DNA of 64,000 nt, from the NCBI GenBank assembly GCA_963778655.1, contig CAVZVA010000009.1, forward strand, positions 522,235 to 586,234, written 5' to 3'. This document shows, in pieces, positions 55,801-64,000 of the stretch. Each line of letters opens with the position of its first letter. The first letter of the stretch is position 1. The stretch comes from an uncultured delta proteobacterium. GTDB lineage: Bacteria > Myxococcota_A > Polyangia > Polyangiales > JAFGIB01. A program made the position numbers and the translations under genes. Below the pieces are notes generated by a model that was not told the DNA's origin, made no database searches, and saw nothing but the letters and a program-made list of their open reading frames with translations.

Positions 55801-58462
55801 CATCGAGCACGACTTGGGCAGCCGCGAGCTCCAGGGCCTTGCCGCTGTCGCGCAGGAACACGCGTAGGGGCTGCTGGGGACCAGGCCCTCCGAAGAACAC
55901 CCAGGCCTGCTCCCAGATCGGAAACCCCATCGATGAAAGAACGGCGGCGACCCAGACCGTCGGGCTCCCCGGGAACCAAGTCGTCGCCGAGATGAGCACG
56001 GCCACGGTTGCCGGCACGACTAGACTGCGGCGCAAATTGTCGAGAATCTTCCACCGGCTAATCAGGGGAAGCCGATTGCGCCGCCAACCGTGCCGCGTCG
56101 GTACGACCGGAAAGAGCCAAAACAGGATCTGCCAATCGCCCCGCACCCAACGCCGCAGCCTCGCTGCGTGAGCGAGAACGCTGGAAGGAAACTCGTCCAC
56201 CACCTCCACGTCGGAAACCAGGGCGGCGCGCGCGTAAATGCCCTCGAACAGATCGTGCGAAAGCAGCGCGTTGTCCGGCACCCGGCCCGCGAGCGCCGCC
56301 ATGAAGGCATCGACGTCGTAGAGTCCCTTGCCGGTGAAGATTCCCTCCGCGAAAAGGTCCTGATATGCGTCGGACACGGCTCGCGAGTATGGGTCTACGC
56401 CGGTGTGACCGGCGTACACTCGTGCGAAAACCGAGCCCGCAGCGCTCGCCATAGTGACGCTCACGCGGGGTTGGAGGATTCCATATCCACGGGTGACCCT
56501 ACCGAGGTCGGCGTCCATCTTTGGTCGGTTGAGTGGATGTTCGATGATGCCGATGAGCTGCCGGGCGGCGTCGCGCGGCAGACGGCTATCGGCATCGAGC
56601 GTGATGCAGTAGCGCACCTGCGAAAGGACCGACGAATCCCCGACCAGAATCCGAAATGACGTGTCGGTCGCCCCACGCAACAGCCGATTGAACTCCTCGA
56701 TCTTTCCGCGCTTCCGCTCCCAACCCATCCACACGCCTTCGCTCGAATTCCACTGTCGCGAGCGATGGAACAGATAGAAGTGATTGGTTCCCCCGTTTGC
56801 ATGCCGCGCATTCAGCGCTTCCAGCCCCGCAACTGCTGCGGCCAAGGTCTCCTGATCGCTCGATTCCTCGCACTGAAGCGAGTCGCGAAAGTCTGTCAGC
56901 AGGGCGAAATGGATGTGCGGGTCTGCGTTGGCGAGAGCCTGAATCTCGAGCCGCTCGATCACGACCTGCGCTTCGTCGACGCTGCCGAGCAGCGTCGGCA
57001 CGATCACCATGGTCCGGGCCTCCACGGGAACGTCACGCTCGAATACGATTCGGGGCAAGCGCCGTGGCGGGGCGAGCCAGTGTACGATCTTGTGGACGAG
57101 CCTCACTGCGAGCTGGCTCGCAGGCAAAAGCGTGAGCAGTCCGACGCATTGCAAGGAGACGGTGGAAGCGCCGTGCAGGCGGGCGTACGTGACGCTCCAA
57201 GCCACCAAGGCCGCAGTGAAGGCAGTTATCGACCCGAGATAGAAGAACGTGGCGTGGGCAAACAGCGGCCGGCGGATCCGTCCCCAGAAACGCGGCGCGT
57301 AGGCGACGTCGAGCTCGAGCTCTCGACGTCCCGGACCGATCAAGTGATAGCCGACATGGGCGCGTTCCGGGTCGTCGGGATGTCCTTCGGCCGCTTGGCG
57401 TGCGCTCTCGACCGCGCGCAGCGCGACCGTGACTTGAGCCTCTGCGTTCGGATCGGCAAGATCCTCGATCGCTTGGCGATAGCGATCGCGGCTCGGGAAA
57501 TCCATCTGGCTGTAGACGCCAGCCGGGTCCCGCCGCAGCACGTGCTCGATCAAGCTTACGCGCTCGATGGCACGGTTCCAGTCGATGGTCGAGACCAGCC
57601 GCAGGCTCGTGATCGAATTGCCGATCGAGGCATGCCCGGTCGTTTGCCGCTGGTGCTCGGCACGCACGGCATCGTCGATGCTGAGCCCGGAACCTTCGAG
57701 ACGCGCTTCGAGCATGATTCGGAGCTCGGAGACACGTGGACCCAGCTCGCGCATCCGCTGCACGAGCTGCAGCACGAATGCGTCCGGCACGAGGTCGGGC
57801 AGGGCCGGCAGCGGACCGTCGCGGGTCGACTCGAAACGGGCGAAGTAGCGATCTGCGTCGGCTTCGCCGACACGGCTGTTCATGAGCTCCTGCGCGAGGG
57901 CGCCGAGATTCTCGATCAGGCACAGTTGCAGCAGGCTGGGCCACGCCCAGAGCTCGCCGAGCGTGAGCGGCGCAACCGCCTGATAGGCGGTCAGAAAGCG
58001 ACTCATCCGCTCGAGGTCGAAACGTGCATCGCTGTGGCGGATGAAATCGCGCGCCATTGCATGGACGCGGGGCGTTCCCGCAGCTTCTCGCGTCGCGAGC
58101 CTGGGAAGCTCCAGATAGTAACGCGGCGGAAGGTTCTTCCCGGTATCTGCGATCGCGCCTTCCAGAACGTGAAAATTGTCGAGGAGCCACTCGGCGCCGG
58201 GGGCGAGGGGCTTTCCGTCGTGCACGGCTCGGACGAGCGCCTGGTAGGCGGAGCGCAAGACGCGAGCGTTCTCCCGAACGCGCGATTGGGCTGAACGCAG
58301 GCGACCACGGGTATCGCGGGCAAGCGTATAGCTCGCGGCCAGGCTCCGAGCATGCTCCTCGAGATGCTCGATGCTGAGCATCTCGCCGCGGAGCGGACCC
58401 GCGTCGCCGCGCCGCCCCGCAGCCTTCTTCTGATTGCTTGCTGCCGTGGCGTTCATGGGCAT
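49883..58462 (-). CDS. cgs: cyclic beta-1,2-glucan synthase (Cgs/ChvB/NdvB family; GT84 plus GH94-like phosphorylase region)
   Basis: This is a 2859-aa uninterrupted ORF, matching the family length. The N-terminal region is …[12 protein letters not shown]…[12 protein letters not shown]…. A multi-TM section is followed by a glycosyltransferase region (…[19 protein letters not shown]…GILQPRV…). The C-terminal GH94-like region is …[11 protein letters not shown]…[23 protein letters not shown]…[10 protein letters not shown]…. Confidence 0.92.
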   Translation of the reverse strand: MPMNATAASNQKKAAGRRGDAGPLRGEMLSIEHLEEHARSLAASYTLARDTRGRLRSAQSRVRENARVLRSAYQALVRAVHDGKPLAPGAEWLLDNFHVLEGAIADTGKNLPPRYYLELPRLATREAAGTPRVHAMARDFIRHSDARFDLERMSRFLTAYQAVAPLTLGELWAWPSLLQLCLIENLGALAQELMNSRVGEADADRYFARFESTRDGPLPALPDLVPDAFVLQLVQRMRELGPRVSELRIMLEARLEGSGLSIDDAVRAEHQRQTTGHASIGNSITSLRLVSTIDWNRAIERVSLIEHVLRRDPAGVYSQMDFPSRDRYRQAIEDLADPNAEAQVTVALRAVESARQAAEGHPDDPERAHVGYHLIGPGRRELELDVAYAPRFWGRIRRPLFAHATFFYLGSITAFTAALVAWSVTYARLHGASTVSLQCVGLLTLLPASQLAVRLVHKIVHWLAPPRRLPRIVFERDVPVEARTMVIVPTLLGSVDEAQVVIERLEIQALANADPHIHFALLTDFRDSLQCEESSDQETLAAAVAGLEALNARHANGGTNHFYLFHRSRQWNSSEGVWMGWERKRGKIEEFNRLLRGATDTSFRILVGDSSVLSQVRYCITLDADSRLPRDAARQLIGIIEHPLNRPKMDADLGRVTRGYGILQPRVSVTMASAAGSVFARVYAGHTGVDPYSRAVSDAYQDLFAEGIFTGKGLYDVDAFMAALAGRVPDNALLSHDLFEGIYARAALVSDVEVVDEFPSSVLAHAARLRRWVRGDWQILFWLFPVVPTRHGWRRNRLPLISRWKILDNLRRSLVVPATVAVLISATTWFPGSPTVWVAAVLSSMGFPIWEQAWVFFGGPGPQQPLRVFLRDSGKALELAAAQVVLDVTMLAYQAAEMLLAIGLTLVRLVITQRRLLEWETAAMATSRHAGLIGVGSFARRMWFGPVLSLALLSILFATRPVAVPSALPFLILWLSSPLVAYWLSRPAQARARPLSVEDRIFLRRHARGTWRYFEHFAGEEDHFLPPDNHQELPDARVAHRTSPTNIGMGLLASLSAHDLGFISRADLIERITCTLGTLAKLERHKGHFFNWYDTKSLAPLLPRYVSTVDSGNLAGSLVALAEGLRGLAQGPADERLALDAIVDTASLLSESLALFPRDATERELDACVARVTPELVALTAATGAGLHVIGAQERLATELECLIARLPSDPGPSAERVDIDDWSRALLELLRRREDDDTAQGTREQLLALAGSAEVFAYSMSFGFLYDGNRRIFSIGYRLADPEGPGRLDSGYYDLLASEARLASFFAIAKGDVPQGHWFQLGRSLVGVSGTPTIVSWSGSMFEYLMPRLLMRSYPNTLLDQSCGAAVGAQIDYGRAHHVAWGISESAFNVMDRHGNYQYKAFGVPLLGLKRGLADDLVVAPYATALAAAVDPAQAAANLRRLAHEGALGRYGFYDAVDHTPREPYEGSEDAPTPSAAQGQSVRIFLAHHQGMTLVALANAVCGDIMVSRFHAHPRVRATELLLQERMPTFVPLTRPRPIVELTHVAPPVMAATPRRFRTPATRDPHAAFLSNGSYTTVITNGGGGASICRGKAVTRWREDAITDPGSQFIYLRDVRSGQVWSATYQPTCREPDSYLATFLPDKATIRQRVDEIETLLEVAVSPEDDVDVRRLTLINRGPEVREIEVTSYVEVALASRGDDLAHPAFGKLFLETECRPDTGSLICGRRPRSAGDPGDFVVHVLSLDGRAQYAAEWETDRERFIGRGRSRRDPVALDGRALSGTGGVTLDPILSLRQRIRLRPGARARVTFATGMAAERTAAVALCMKYADPTSASRSFSLAATQLGIAVRHLGISLEQAQLFERLASRVFYIDHSLRAAPELIARNVLGQSGLWPRGISGDLPILLLQVLEPDDVPLVGELLHAQEYWRMKGLSADVLVLNDHPIGYRDEMHEQLEALLAGGAWGAWKNRAGGTFLLRGDGLGEAERNLFFAVARVVLRGGAGTIEQQLQRVPEEPAWPPALPSRIEPNSSRSLQTGTPPKLALPALVHWNGRGGFAQGGREYVIVLDGAEQTPLPWANVLANPRFGSVVTAAGPAYTWSENSRENRLTPFANDPVTEETAEAIYLRDDEDGRAWGATPGPLRRGPDGERWVVRHAAGVTRYLHNERGIGQELAIFAHVTEPVRFALLTLTNHGPRARRISVYAYNDWRLCPPVAGDQLHVTTELHAASSAVLASNRYNRDFAERVAFAYAGILQSATGDRLEFIGRNGSLAQPAGLGRTKLSGRFGAGLEPCAALQRSVELAAGETRQIVVLLGQGEDRAAALALIDAFGEVPAALRALAEVERQWERLLGAVEVHTPDDSFDLLLNPWLLYQAIACRLWARTAYYQPGGAYGFRDQLQDVMALTFAAPELCREHLLRSGARQFVQGDVQHWWHPHSGAGARTRCSDDLLWLPFVVAHYVEATGDRAVLEERVAFLEGPVLATNEQEAYGHPVVSKQDATLYEHCIRAIDRGLTHGVHGLPLIGSGDWNDGMNRVGIGGRGESVWLGWFLSKVLTDFARVSEGQGDIEHAARFRSEATRLGAALDQSWDGDWYTRAYFDDGTALGSAQNEECRIDSISQSWSVLSGRAAASRAERAMDSVRTLLVRREAGVVPLLSPPFDHSAQDPGYIKGYPPGVRENGGQYTHAALWLVMAAAEMGNGDEAMELFHLLNPVNHTRTPAAIERYKVEPYVVAGDVYTNPSHAGRGGWTWYTGSAAWMYRAGLEAILGVRRRGDTFALEPCIPATWPRFSVILRLGATRYEITVENPERKSRGVVHVELDGLQIDSAAIPFTDDGGSHLVRAVIGQRAIEPGTFERIR

Positions 58463-58637
58463 GCCAAACGCTAGCCTTGAATCGCGCCGCTCTCATCCGG
58501 TGCATCGGGTCCCGCGCTGGGCCGGTGCAAGGCACTGCGGCTCGGCACCGGGCTCCAAACGCTCGGCAGAGGTGAAGATGGCAAACCGGAGCGACGGACG
58601 CCGGCCAACCCGCCGGCGCCGCCGGCGCACTTCTGGG

Positions 58638-59069
58638 TCAGTCCCGCTTGAACCATCCCATCGACAACAGCAGCAAGCTGTCTTCGAGCGCTTCGACGTC
58701 GTGGGCGACAGCACGGTCGAGCGCCAGCAAATCGCCGGCAGCGAGATCGATCGTTTCACCCGGCAGGTGGAGCCGGAGCCGTCCAGAAAGGGCCTGCACC
58801 GTGGCATGTTGGTCGGTCTGGTGCTCGCGCACGCGCGCGCCGGTCCTCAGCGCGATCAGCACGACACGGAAGTTCTCGTACTTGGCCAGAGTTCTTGCGT
58901 TGTGGCCGTTGAGACGCCAGGCGTCCTCCGTCTTCAGCGCAGCAGCCTCTGCGGCCAAATCAAACCGAAGAGCCCTGCCGTGAAGGGCCCGTGGTGTTCG
59001 CTCGGACACCCCGCCATCGAGAGCGATCTGTGCGCGTTTGTCCACGTTGGCTCGTACATATGCCCCCAA
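58638..59069 (-). CDS. cupin-domain protein
   Basis: …RTLAKYENFRVVLIALRTGARVREHQTDQHATVQALSGRLRLHLPGETIDLAAGDLLALDRAVAHDVEALEDS… shows a cupin beta-barrel pattern. GTG 59009 (VSERTP…) is a likely alternative start. Confidence 0.65.
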   Translation of the reverse strand: MGAYVRANVDKRAQIALDGGVSERTPRALHGRALRFDLAAEAAALKTEDAWRLNGHNARTLAKYENFRVVLIALRTGARVREHQTDQHATVQALSGRLRLHLPGETIDLAAGDLLALDRAVAHDVEALEDSLLLLSMGWFKRD

Positions 59070-59170
59070 CGGCGACCCGCAAGCGGGCTATCGCAACGAT
59101 CTCAGCCCGCTCGAGTCCGCGGTCGCGAGCGAGCTCGCCCGCTCGCAAGTATCCTCGCTGAAACCTCTGC

Positions 59171-59431
59171 TCACGCGCGTGCCCCTACCGGGATGACGAG
59201 TGATGGCCGCCAGAGCTGAATGTTCTTGGATTCCACCTGGTTCGCATGCGCTCCACCGAAGAACGCGATGATCATGAATGGAGTCGCCACCAGCGCGACC
59301 GGCAGCAACAGCATGAGCATGGGAAGCGCTGCCAGCGCAACGAACGGCGGCATGAGAACCAATGCGACGGCGACCACGACTGCCCGGAACGGGCCAATAC
59401 GCGGTGCGCTGGGCGATAGATGATGGAACAC
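59171..59431 (-). CDS. small membrane protein (86 aa, two TM helices)
   Basis: GCAGGAGG precedes GTG 59431 by 4 nt. The sequence is VFHHLSPSAPRIGPFRAVVVAVALVLMPPFVALAALPMLMLLLPVALVATPFMIIAFFGG…. The longer 176-aa ORF extension is unsupported. Confidence 0.5.
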   Translation of the reverse strand: MFHHLSPSAPRIGPFRAVVVAVALVLMPPFVALAALPMLMLLLPVALVATPFMIIAFFGGAHANQVESKNIQLWRPSLVIPVGARA

Positions 59432-59600
59432 GGGACCTCCTGCGATTCTCGGAGGCGTTCTCGCGTCCGGTTTCGAAATCGGAGGGGTGGCTCGCCAGTC
59501 TTCCCCCGAGCTCTGGCCCCCCGCTTGTTTCAATGTGCGTCGTCGATCCAGCTGACGCAAGGCGGGGACGTACGAATAGCGCCTATGGGGTTCTTCGCAT

Positions 59601-60797
59601 TTACGCCTGGGCGCAGGCCCCGCGCCGAACGTGATGGCGTCGCGCGCCGGTGCGAGGCATGCGCCCGGGATCCGCCGCAGTCGGGGCTCGCGCCCCGTCA
59701 CGGGAGGCTCGCCTGGCCGAGCGCCACGAAGGCAGCGCGCAGCGCAGCACGCGGCGCAGCGCGCTGCCGACCTGTCGGCCGAGCGGCCCGCTGTTGTAGC
59801 TGACGCCGTGGCGCTCGCAGATCGCCCTCACCCGGGGCGCGAGCTCTTCATAGCGATGCGCCGGCAAGTCCGGAAACAGATGGTGCTCGATTTGATGGCT
59901 GAGGTGGCCGCTCAGCAGGTACAGCCAGCGCGGGCCTTCGATGTTCGCGGAGCCACGGACCTGGCGCCAATACCAGCCGCCGCGCGTTTCACCCTCCACG
60001 TCGGCCGGCACGTACATCTCCACGCCCTGCGGAAAGTGCCCGCAAAAGATGACTAGGAACGCCCACACGTTGCGCACCAGGTTCGCGCTCAAGTTGGCGG
60101 TGATCACGAACGGGGCCGAGGGACCGGCGAGCAGCGGAAACATCACGTAGTCCTTGAGCAACTGCGGCGCCGCCTTCTTCGCGATCGCGCGCACCTGCGG
60201 CCAGGCATCGCGCAGCGGTTTGTCCCTGGTGAGCAAGCGGTTGACCTCGAGGTCGTGCACGGCCACCGCCCCTTCGAACGCGAGCATCTGCACCAGCGCG
60301 TAGACAGGCTGCAGCGCGTGCGCCGGCAGCCACCGTTGCTCATCCGCCATCCGCAACAGGCCGTAGCCAACATCGCGGTCCATGCCCACGATGTTCGTGA
60401 AGGTATGGTGCATGTAGTTGTGCGAGTGCCGCCAGTGCTCCGCCGGACAGGCCCAGTCCCACTCGTACTGCTTGCTTGCGAGTGCGGGATCGTTCATCCA
60501 GTCGTACTGACCGTGCAGCACGTTGTGCCCGATCTCCATGTTCTCGAGAATCTTGGACAGTGAAAGCAGGCCCACGCCGGCAAACCATGCCGGGGGCAGC
60601 ACGGCGACCAACAACGATGCGCGACCGGCGATCTCGGCCGAACGCTGTAGGCGCAGAACGCGCCGGATGTAGCGCGCATCGCGCTCGCCGAGCTCCGCAA
60701 TCACGTGCTGGCGCAGCGCGTCGAGCTCCGCGCCAAACGCCTCGAGCTGCGAAGCGCTGGGCCGCGCCGAGGTTCCCTCTCTCGTTGCCGCATCCAT
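59601..60797 (-). CDS. membrane fatty-acid (acyl-CoA) desaturase, DesA3-like
   Basis: GGAGG precedes ATG 60797. The three histidine boxes are HNVLHGQYD, HSHNYMHHTF and HQIEHHLFP. It is followed 11 nt later by the reductase partner gene. Confidence 0.88.
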   Translation of the reverse strand: MDAATREGTSARPSASQLEAFGAELDALRQHVIAELGERDARYIRRVLRLQRSAEIAGRASLLVAVLPPAWFAGVGLLSLSKILENMEIGHNVLHGQYDWMNDPALASKQYEWDWACPAEHWRHSHNYMHHTFTNIVGMDRDVGYGLLRMADEQRWLPAHALQPVYALVQMLAFEGAVAVHDLEVNRLLTRDKPLRDAWPQVRAIAKKAAPQLLKDYVMFPLLAGPSAPFVITANLSANLVRNVWAFLVIFCGHFPQGVEMYVPADVEGETRGGWYWRQVRGSANIEGPRWLYLLSGHLSHQIEHHLFPDLPAHRYEELAPRVRAICERHGVSYNSGPLGRQVGSALRRVLRCALPSWRSARRASRDGARAPTAADPGRMPRTGARRHHVRRGACAQA

Positions 60798-60808
60798 GCA
60801 GCCTCCTC

Positions 60809-61942
60809 TCAAAGCTCCAGCGTCACGTCCGAACGCGGGGTGGTGACGCAAAGTTGTATGTACTGTCCCGGCTCCTCGCTGACCAGACCGGTCAGCTCGT
60901 TACGCACGCTACCGCTCAACATGCGGCACTTGCACATATGGCAAATTCCCGCGCGACAGCCGTGCGCTGGGCGCGCTCCAGCAGCCTCGACTTGCTCGAG
61001 CAGCGAGCTTTCCGAGCGGACGCGGATCTCGCGTCCACTCGCGGCGAGCACGAGCCGAAAGCCGGTCGAAACCTGCTCGCTCCGCGTGCGAAACGGCGCC
61101 GTAGCAAAGGATTCGACGTGCAGGCGATGCGTGAGGCCGTGTGCTTGCCACAGGTCCATCACGGCCCGCAGCATCGACGGAGGCCCACAGGCAAACGTCT
61201 CACGCTCGAAGAAGTCCGGGGCAAACGCCTCGAGTTGACCGAGTGTGAGGTGATTGGTGGCCACGCTGGCGGCGGGCCGCGTCCCGGTGAGGAACGAAGC
61301 CATGCGCAATCCCGGGGTGCGCACAGACAGCTCGGCAAGCTCGCGCTCGAAAATCACTTCGCGGCGGGCGTAGCCCAGGCATGCGATCTCGCCGGTGTAG
61401 CCGCCGGCGACCAGGTGCCGCAGCATCGACATGATCGGCGTGATCCCGGTGCCGCCGCTGATGAACAGCAGCTTCGGCGGGAGCGGACCCGGAAGCAGGA
61501 AGTCGCCGAGCGCCTGGCTTAGCTGCACCATCTCGCCCGCGCGCGCGCCGTTGGCGGCCCACGCCCCAACGCGCCCGCCACGCAGGTGCTTGATGGTGAG
61601 GCGGACGCCGGGGCCGTCCTCTGGTGCAGAGGACAGCGAAAAGCAGCGCGTATAGCGAACGCCGTCGATTTGCACGGACAACAGGACCGCCTGCCCCGCA
61701 CGAAAACCCCGCCAATTCTCGTTGGGAATCAGGAACAACGAGGTGGCGTCTGCGTGCTCGCGTCGCACCGTGGCGATGCGCGCCCTGACCTCGCGCACAG
61801 ACCACGACGCTTCGATCGCGGCGAGGTAGTCGTCGACGTGATGCGGCGTGACCAACGCAGACACGGCGCGCGTGCGCAGCACGGCGTTGAGAGGCCGCCG
61901 CGCCCGCACGAGCCGCGCTCGCCATGAAGAGTTGCCAAGCAT
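60809..61942 (-). CDS. FNR-type FAD/NAD(P)-binding oxidoreductase with C-terminal 2Fe-2S ferredoxin (Rv3230c-like desaturase reductase)
   Basis: ATG 61942 gives MLGNSSWRARLV…. Motifs are RCFSLSS (RxYS-type FAD), ISGGTGITP, and CRAGICHMCKCRMLSG…QLCVT (2Fe-2S). Confidence 0.85.
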   Translation of the reverse strand: MLGNSSWRARLVRARRPLNAVLRTRAVSALVTPHHVDDYLAAIEASWSVREVRARIATVRREHADATSLFLIPNENWRGFRAGQAVLLSVQIDGVRYTRCFSLSSAPEDGPGVRLTIKHLRGGRVGAWAANGARAGEMVQLSQALGDFLLPGPLPPKLLFISGGTGITPIMSMLRHLVAGGYTGEIACLGYARREVIFERELAELSVRTPGLRMASFLTGTRPAASVATNHLTLGQLEAFAPDFFERETFACGPPSMLRAVMDLWQAHGLTHRLHVESFATAPFRTRSEQVSTGFRLVLAASGREIRVRSESSLLEQVEAAGARPAHGCRAGICHMCKCRMLSGSVRNELTGLVSEEPGQYIQLCVTTPRSDVTLEL

Positions 61943-62197
61943 CGCCAAACTCACTTTGCCCCCCAATCGTGACGGCCGTTTCCGAGCTGTGACCAGCTCT
62001 CTGGCCGCCGTGTGTCGATTTCGTACAGGCCGAAGTCTCCGACGCGTCGTGCACGGACGCACTTAGCCGCAACACCGACCGTGGCAAGCATGGAAGCGCG
62101 CACGAGCCTCCCCAGCATCTCGGCCGCGGGTCGTGCTCCCGCAGCGGGTTCCAAGGCAACCGAATCGACACAATCGCCGGATATCCCTCCCGGCCGT

Positions 62198-64000
62198 TCA
62201 CTTGTGGCGAGGATCTGCCTCCGTGTCACCTTGCCGAACCTCTCGCTGTGCCTGGTCCCAATCCTCGGCCGCGTGGCCCTCCTGACGACCCCGCTGGGCA
62301 TACAGCTCATAGGCACGCTTGGCGATCTCCGGTGTCAAATCGGATGATGCACTGACCGCAGCTTCCGGCTTGGGCCCGGAGGCGTCCGTCTCAGTCTTGG
62401 TGCCGGGCCTCGGAGAATCGAAAATCCGATATGCCAGCAATTTGACGCGGTCATTCACCAGGAACCACGCGAGTGCATAGCCCCAGACGACCAGCGCCCA
62501 GCTCCAGCCCAGAGGCGTCATGAACAACCCGTACACCGCGATCAACGTTGCAGCAATTTGCGTGCCGAGCACGGCCAGCCACAACACCTTCGCGGGGCGG
62601 ATGGACCAAAACGGGCCGCGTGTCCGCGTCAGGAATATCGTCAGATGTCCCGCCACCGACAGCTTCAAATACATCAGGGTTTGAATGTGCGGGCGGTCGA
62701 GATGGAAGACCCGCTCACCGAGGTAGAACAAGCCAAACGCGGCGACGACCCCGATGACGCCCAGCACCGTGGAGATCCCCAGGACCATGCGCATGTTCCA
62801 GGCTTCGGGCTGGTCCTTGTAATGTACGTTGTCGTAGGCGATGGAAAGGATCGCGCCGTCATTGAGCAGTGCCAACATCACGATCATCACCGCGGTCAAT
62901 GGGTAGAAATTGAAGAGCAGGATCGACAGCGTCATGAAGAACAGCACGCGTAGCGTTTCCGCGATGCGGTAAATCGCATAGCTGTTCATTCGTTGAAAGA
63001 TTCTCCGGCTTTCCTTGATCGCGTCGATGATCACCGACAGCCCAGGTGTCATCAGCACAATGGCCGCGGCCGCTCGTGCTGCGTCGGTCGCGTCGGAAAC
63101 GGCGATGCCACAGTCGGCCTTCTTCAGCGCGGGGGCGTCATTCACTCCGTCGCCGGTCATGCCCACGATGTGACCGCGCTTTTGCAGGACGTCGACGATA
63201 TGGAACTTGTGCTCCGGAAATACCTGCGCAAAGCCGTCGGCGTTCTCGATCGACTCGGCAACGGGTCCGATTTCCTCCCTTTTCGAATCGCCAAGGCTAC
63301 TGGCGTCGAGGATATTTGCCCCCAGGTCGAGCTTCTTCGCCGTTTCCTTGGCGATCGCAAGTGCGTCGCCCGTCACCATCTTGACCTTCACACCCATCGC
63401 GAGCGCGGTCGCTATGGTTTCCTTCGCGTCGTCCCGCGGCGGATCGAACAAGGGCAGCACCCCAACAAAGCTCCACTCGCCGTCGTCGCGGGCCGCAGCG
63501 ACGCCCAGGGACCGAAAGCCGCGCTCGGCGAACTCATTGACCGCTGCGTCGACCGCGGGCCTGACCTGGTCCGCATTAGTCGACAGCCCCAAGATCACCT
63601 GCGGAGCACCCTTCGTGACCTTGAACTGCTTTCCATCTGTACCCCTGACACTCGCTTCAGTGCGCTTGTGCACTGGATCGAATGGCTGAAAATGCAAGAC
63701 CTCGTAGCCTTTCAAGGCCTGGTCATCTTTCACTCCGCCCAGCACGGCCAAGTCGATGGTGTCTTTGTTGTCAGCGCGCGACGCCAACGCTGCATCGACG
63801 ATGAGCTCCTCTGTGGCAATATTGTCGACGCTAAAGGGTTCGCCCAGCGTGAGCTTGTTCTGGGTCAGCGTGCCAGTCTTGTCCGCGCACAGCACGTCCA
63901 CCCCCGCCAATTCCTCGATGGCGACCAACTGACTCACAATCGCCTCCTTCTTGGCGAGAAGGCGCGCGCCGACCGCCATCGTGACCGACAACACCGTGGG
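62198..64000 (-). CDS. P-type ATPase, plasma-membrane H+-efflux (type IIIA)-like; N-terminus lies outside the window; C-terminal DUF2934-like tail
   Basis: Motifs are CADKTGTLTQNKLTL (phosphorylation site), MVTGDALAIAKETA and GMTGDGVNDAPALKKADCGIAV. Four C-terminal TM helices follow. The tail is …PEIAKRAYELYAQRGRQEGHAAEDWDQAQREV…. The frame is open to the window edge. Confidence 0.9.
   Translation of the reverse strand, partial: PTVLSVTMAVGARLLAKKEAIVSQLVAIEELAGVDVLCADKTGTLTQNKLTLGEPFSVDNIATEELIVDAALASRADNKDTIDLAVLGGVKDDQALKGYEVLHFQPFDPVHKRTEASVRGTDGKQFKVTKGAPQVILGLSTNADQVRPAVDAAVNEFAERGFRSLGVAAARDDGEWSFVGVLPLFDPPRDDAKETIATALAMGVKVKMVTGDALAIAKETAKKLDLGANILDASSLGDSKREEIGPVAESIENADGFAQVFPEHKFHIVDVLQKRGHIVGMTGDGVNDAPALKKADCGIAVSDATDAARAAAAIVLMTPGLSVIIDAIKESRRIFQRMNSYAIYRIAETLRVLFFMTLSILLFNFYPLTAVMIVMLALLNDGAILSIAYDNVHYKDQPEAWNMRMVLGISTVLGVIGVVAAFGLFYLGERVFHLDRPHIQTLMYLKLSVAGHLTIFLTRTRGPFWSIRPAKVLWLAVLGTQIAATLIAVYGLFMTPLGWSWALVVWGYALAWFLVNDRVKLLAYRIFDSPRPGTKTETDASGPKPEAAVSASSDLTPEIAKRAYELYAQRGRQEGHAAEDWDQAQREVRQGDTEADPRHK

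Overview
This is a high-GC bacterial chromosomal segment. Hand counts on sampled 60-nt lines give about 72-78% GC in most genes. Gene content suggests Myxococcota, possibly Sorangiineae-like: a Ser/Thr kinase with TPR tail, an ECF sigma/FecR pair, a TIGR02147-family protein, many lipoproteins with Gly/Ser/Thr-rich linkers, and very large cysteine-rich repeat proteins. I support about 44 protein-coding genes. Most of the long Arg/Ala-rich ORFs in the six-frame track are antisense or out-of-frame shadows of these genes. Housekeeping and metabolic genes include L-lactate dehydrogenase, Zn-ADH, an FMN alpha-hydroxy-acid oxidase with an MFS transporter, acyl-CoA dehydrogenase, enoyl-CoA hydratase, an ACT-domain malic enzyme, SDR, AKR, a GMC oxidoreductase with its small subunit, and a GH5 glycanase. 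I recognised no rRNA, canonical tRNA, CRISPR array, transposase or integrase. The most unusual item is a two-gene module at 29377-33209. It pairs a stand-alone cNMP-domain protein with a translationally coupled 1115-aa fusion of cNMP domain, flavin-halogenase-like domain, Zn ribbon, FNR-type reductase and 2Fe-2S ferredoxin. Other items worth a second look:
- A coupled triad of membrane protein, MopE-like Cys-rich lipoprotein and Ser/Thr kinase, with an apparent frameshift at the first junction and four 78-bp tandem repeats in the second gene.
- A roughly 1030-aa lipoprotein combining about 12 Cys-rich repeats, a C-type lectin domain and thrombospondin-type-3-like repeats.
- A 358-bp lower-GC intergenic region ending in a tRNA/tmRNA-like ...GGTTCGACTCC...CCTCCACCA terminus.
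- A compositionally distinct right-hand portion (about 49.3-64 kb) with a 2859-aa cyclic beta-1,2-glucan synthase, a DesA3/Rv3230c-like desaturase-reductase pair and a roughly 58% GC P-type H+-ATPase.
All homology calls rest on motif recognition by eye; no database search was run.
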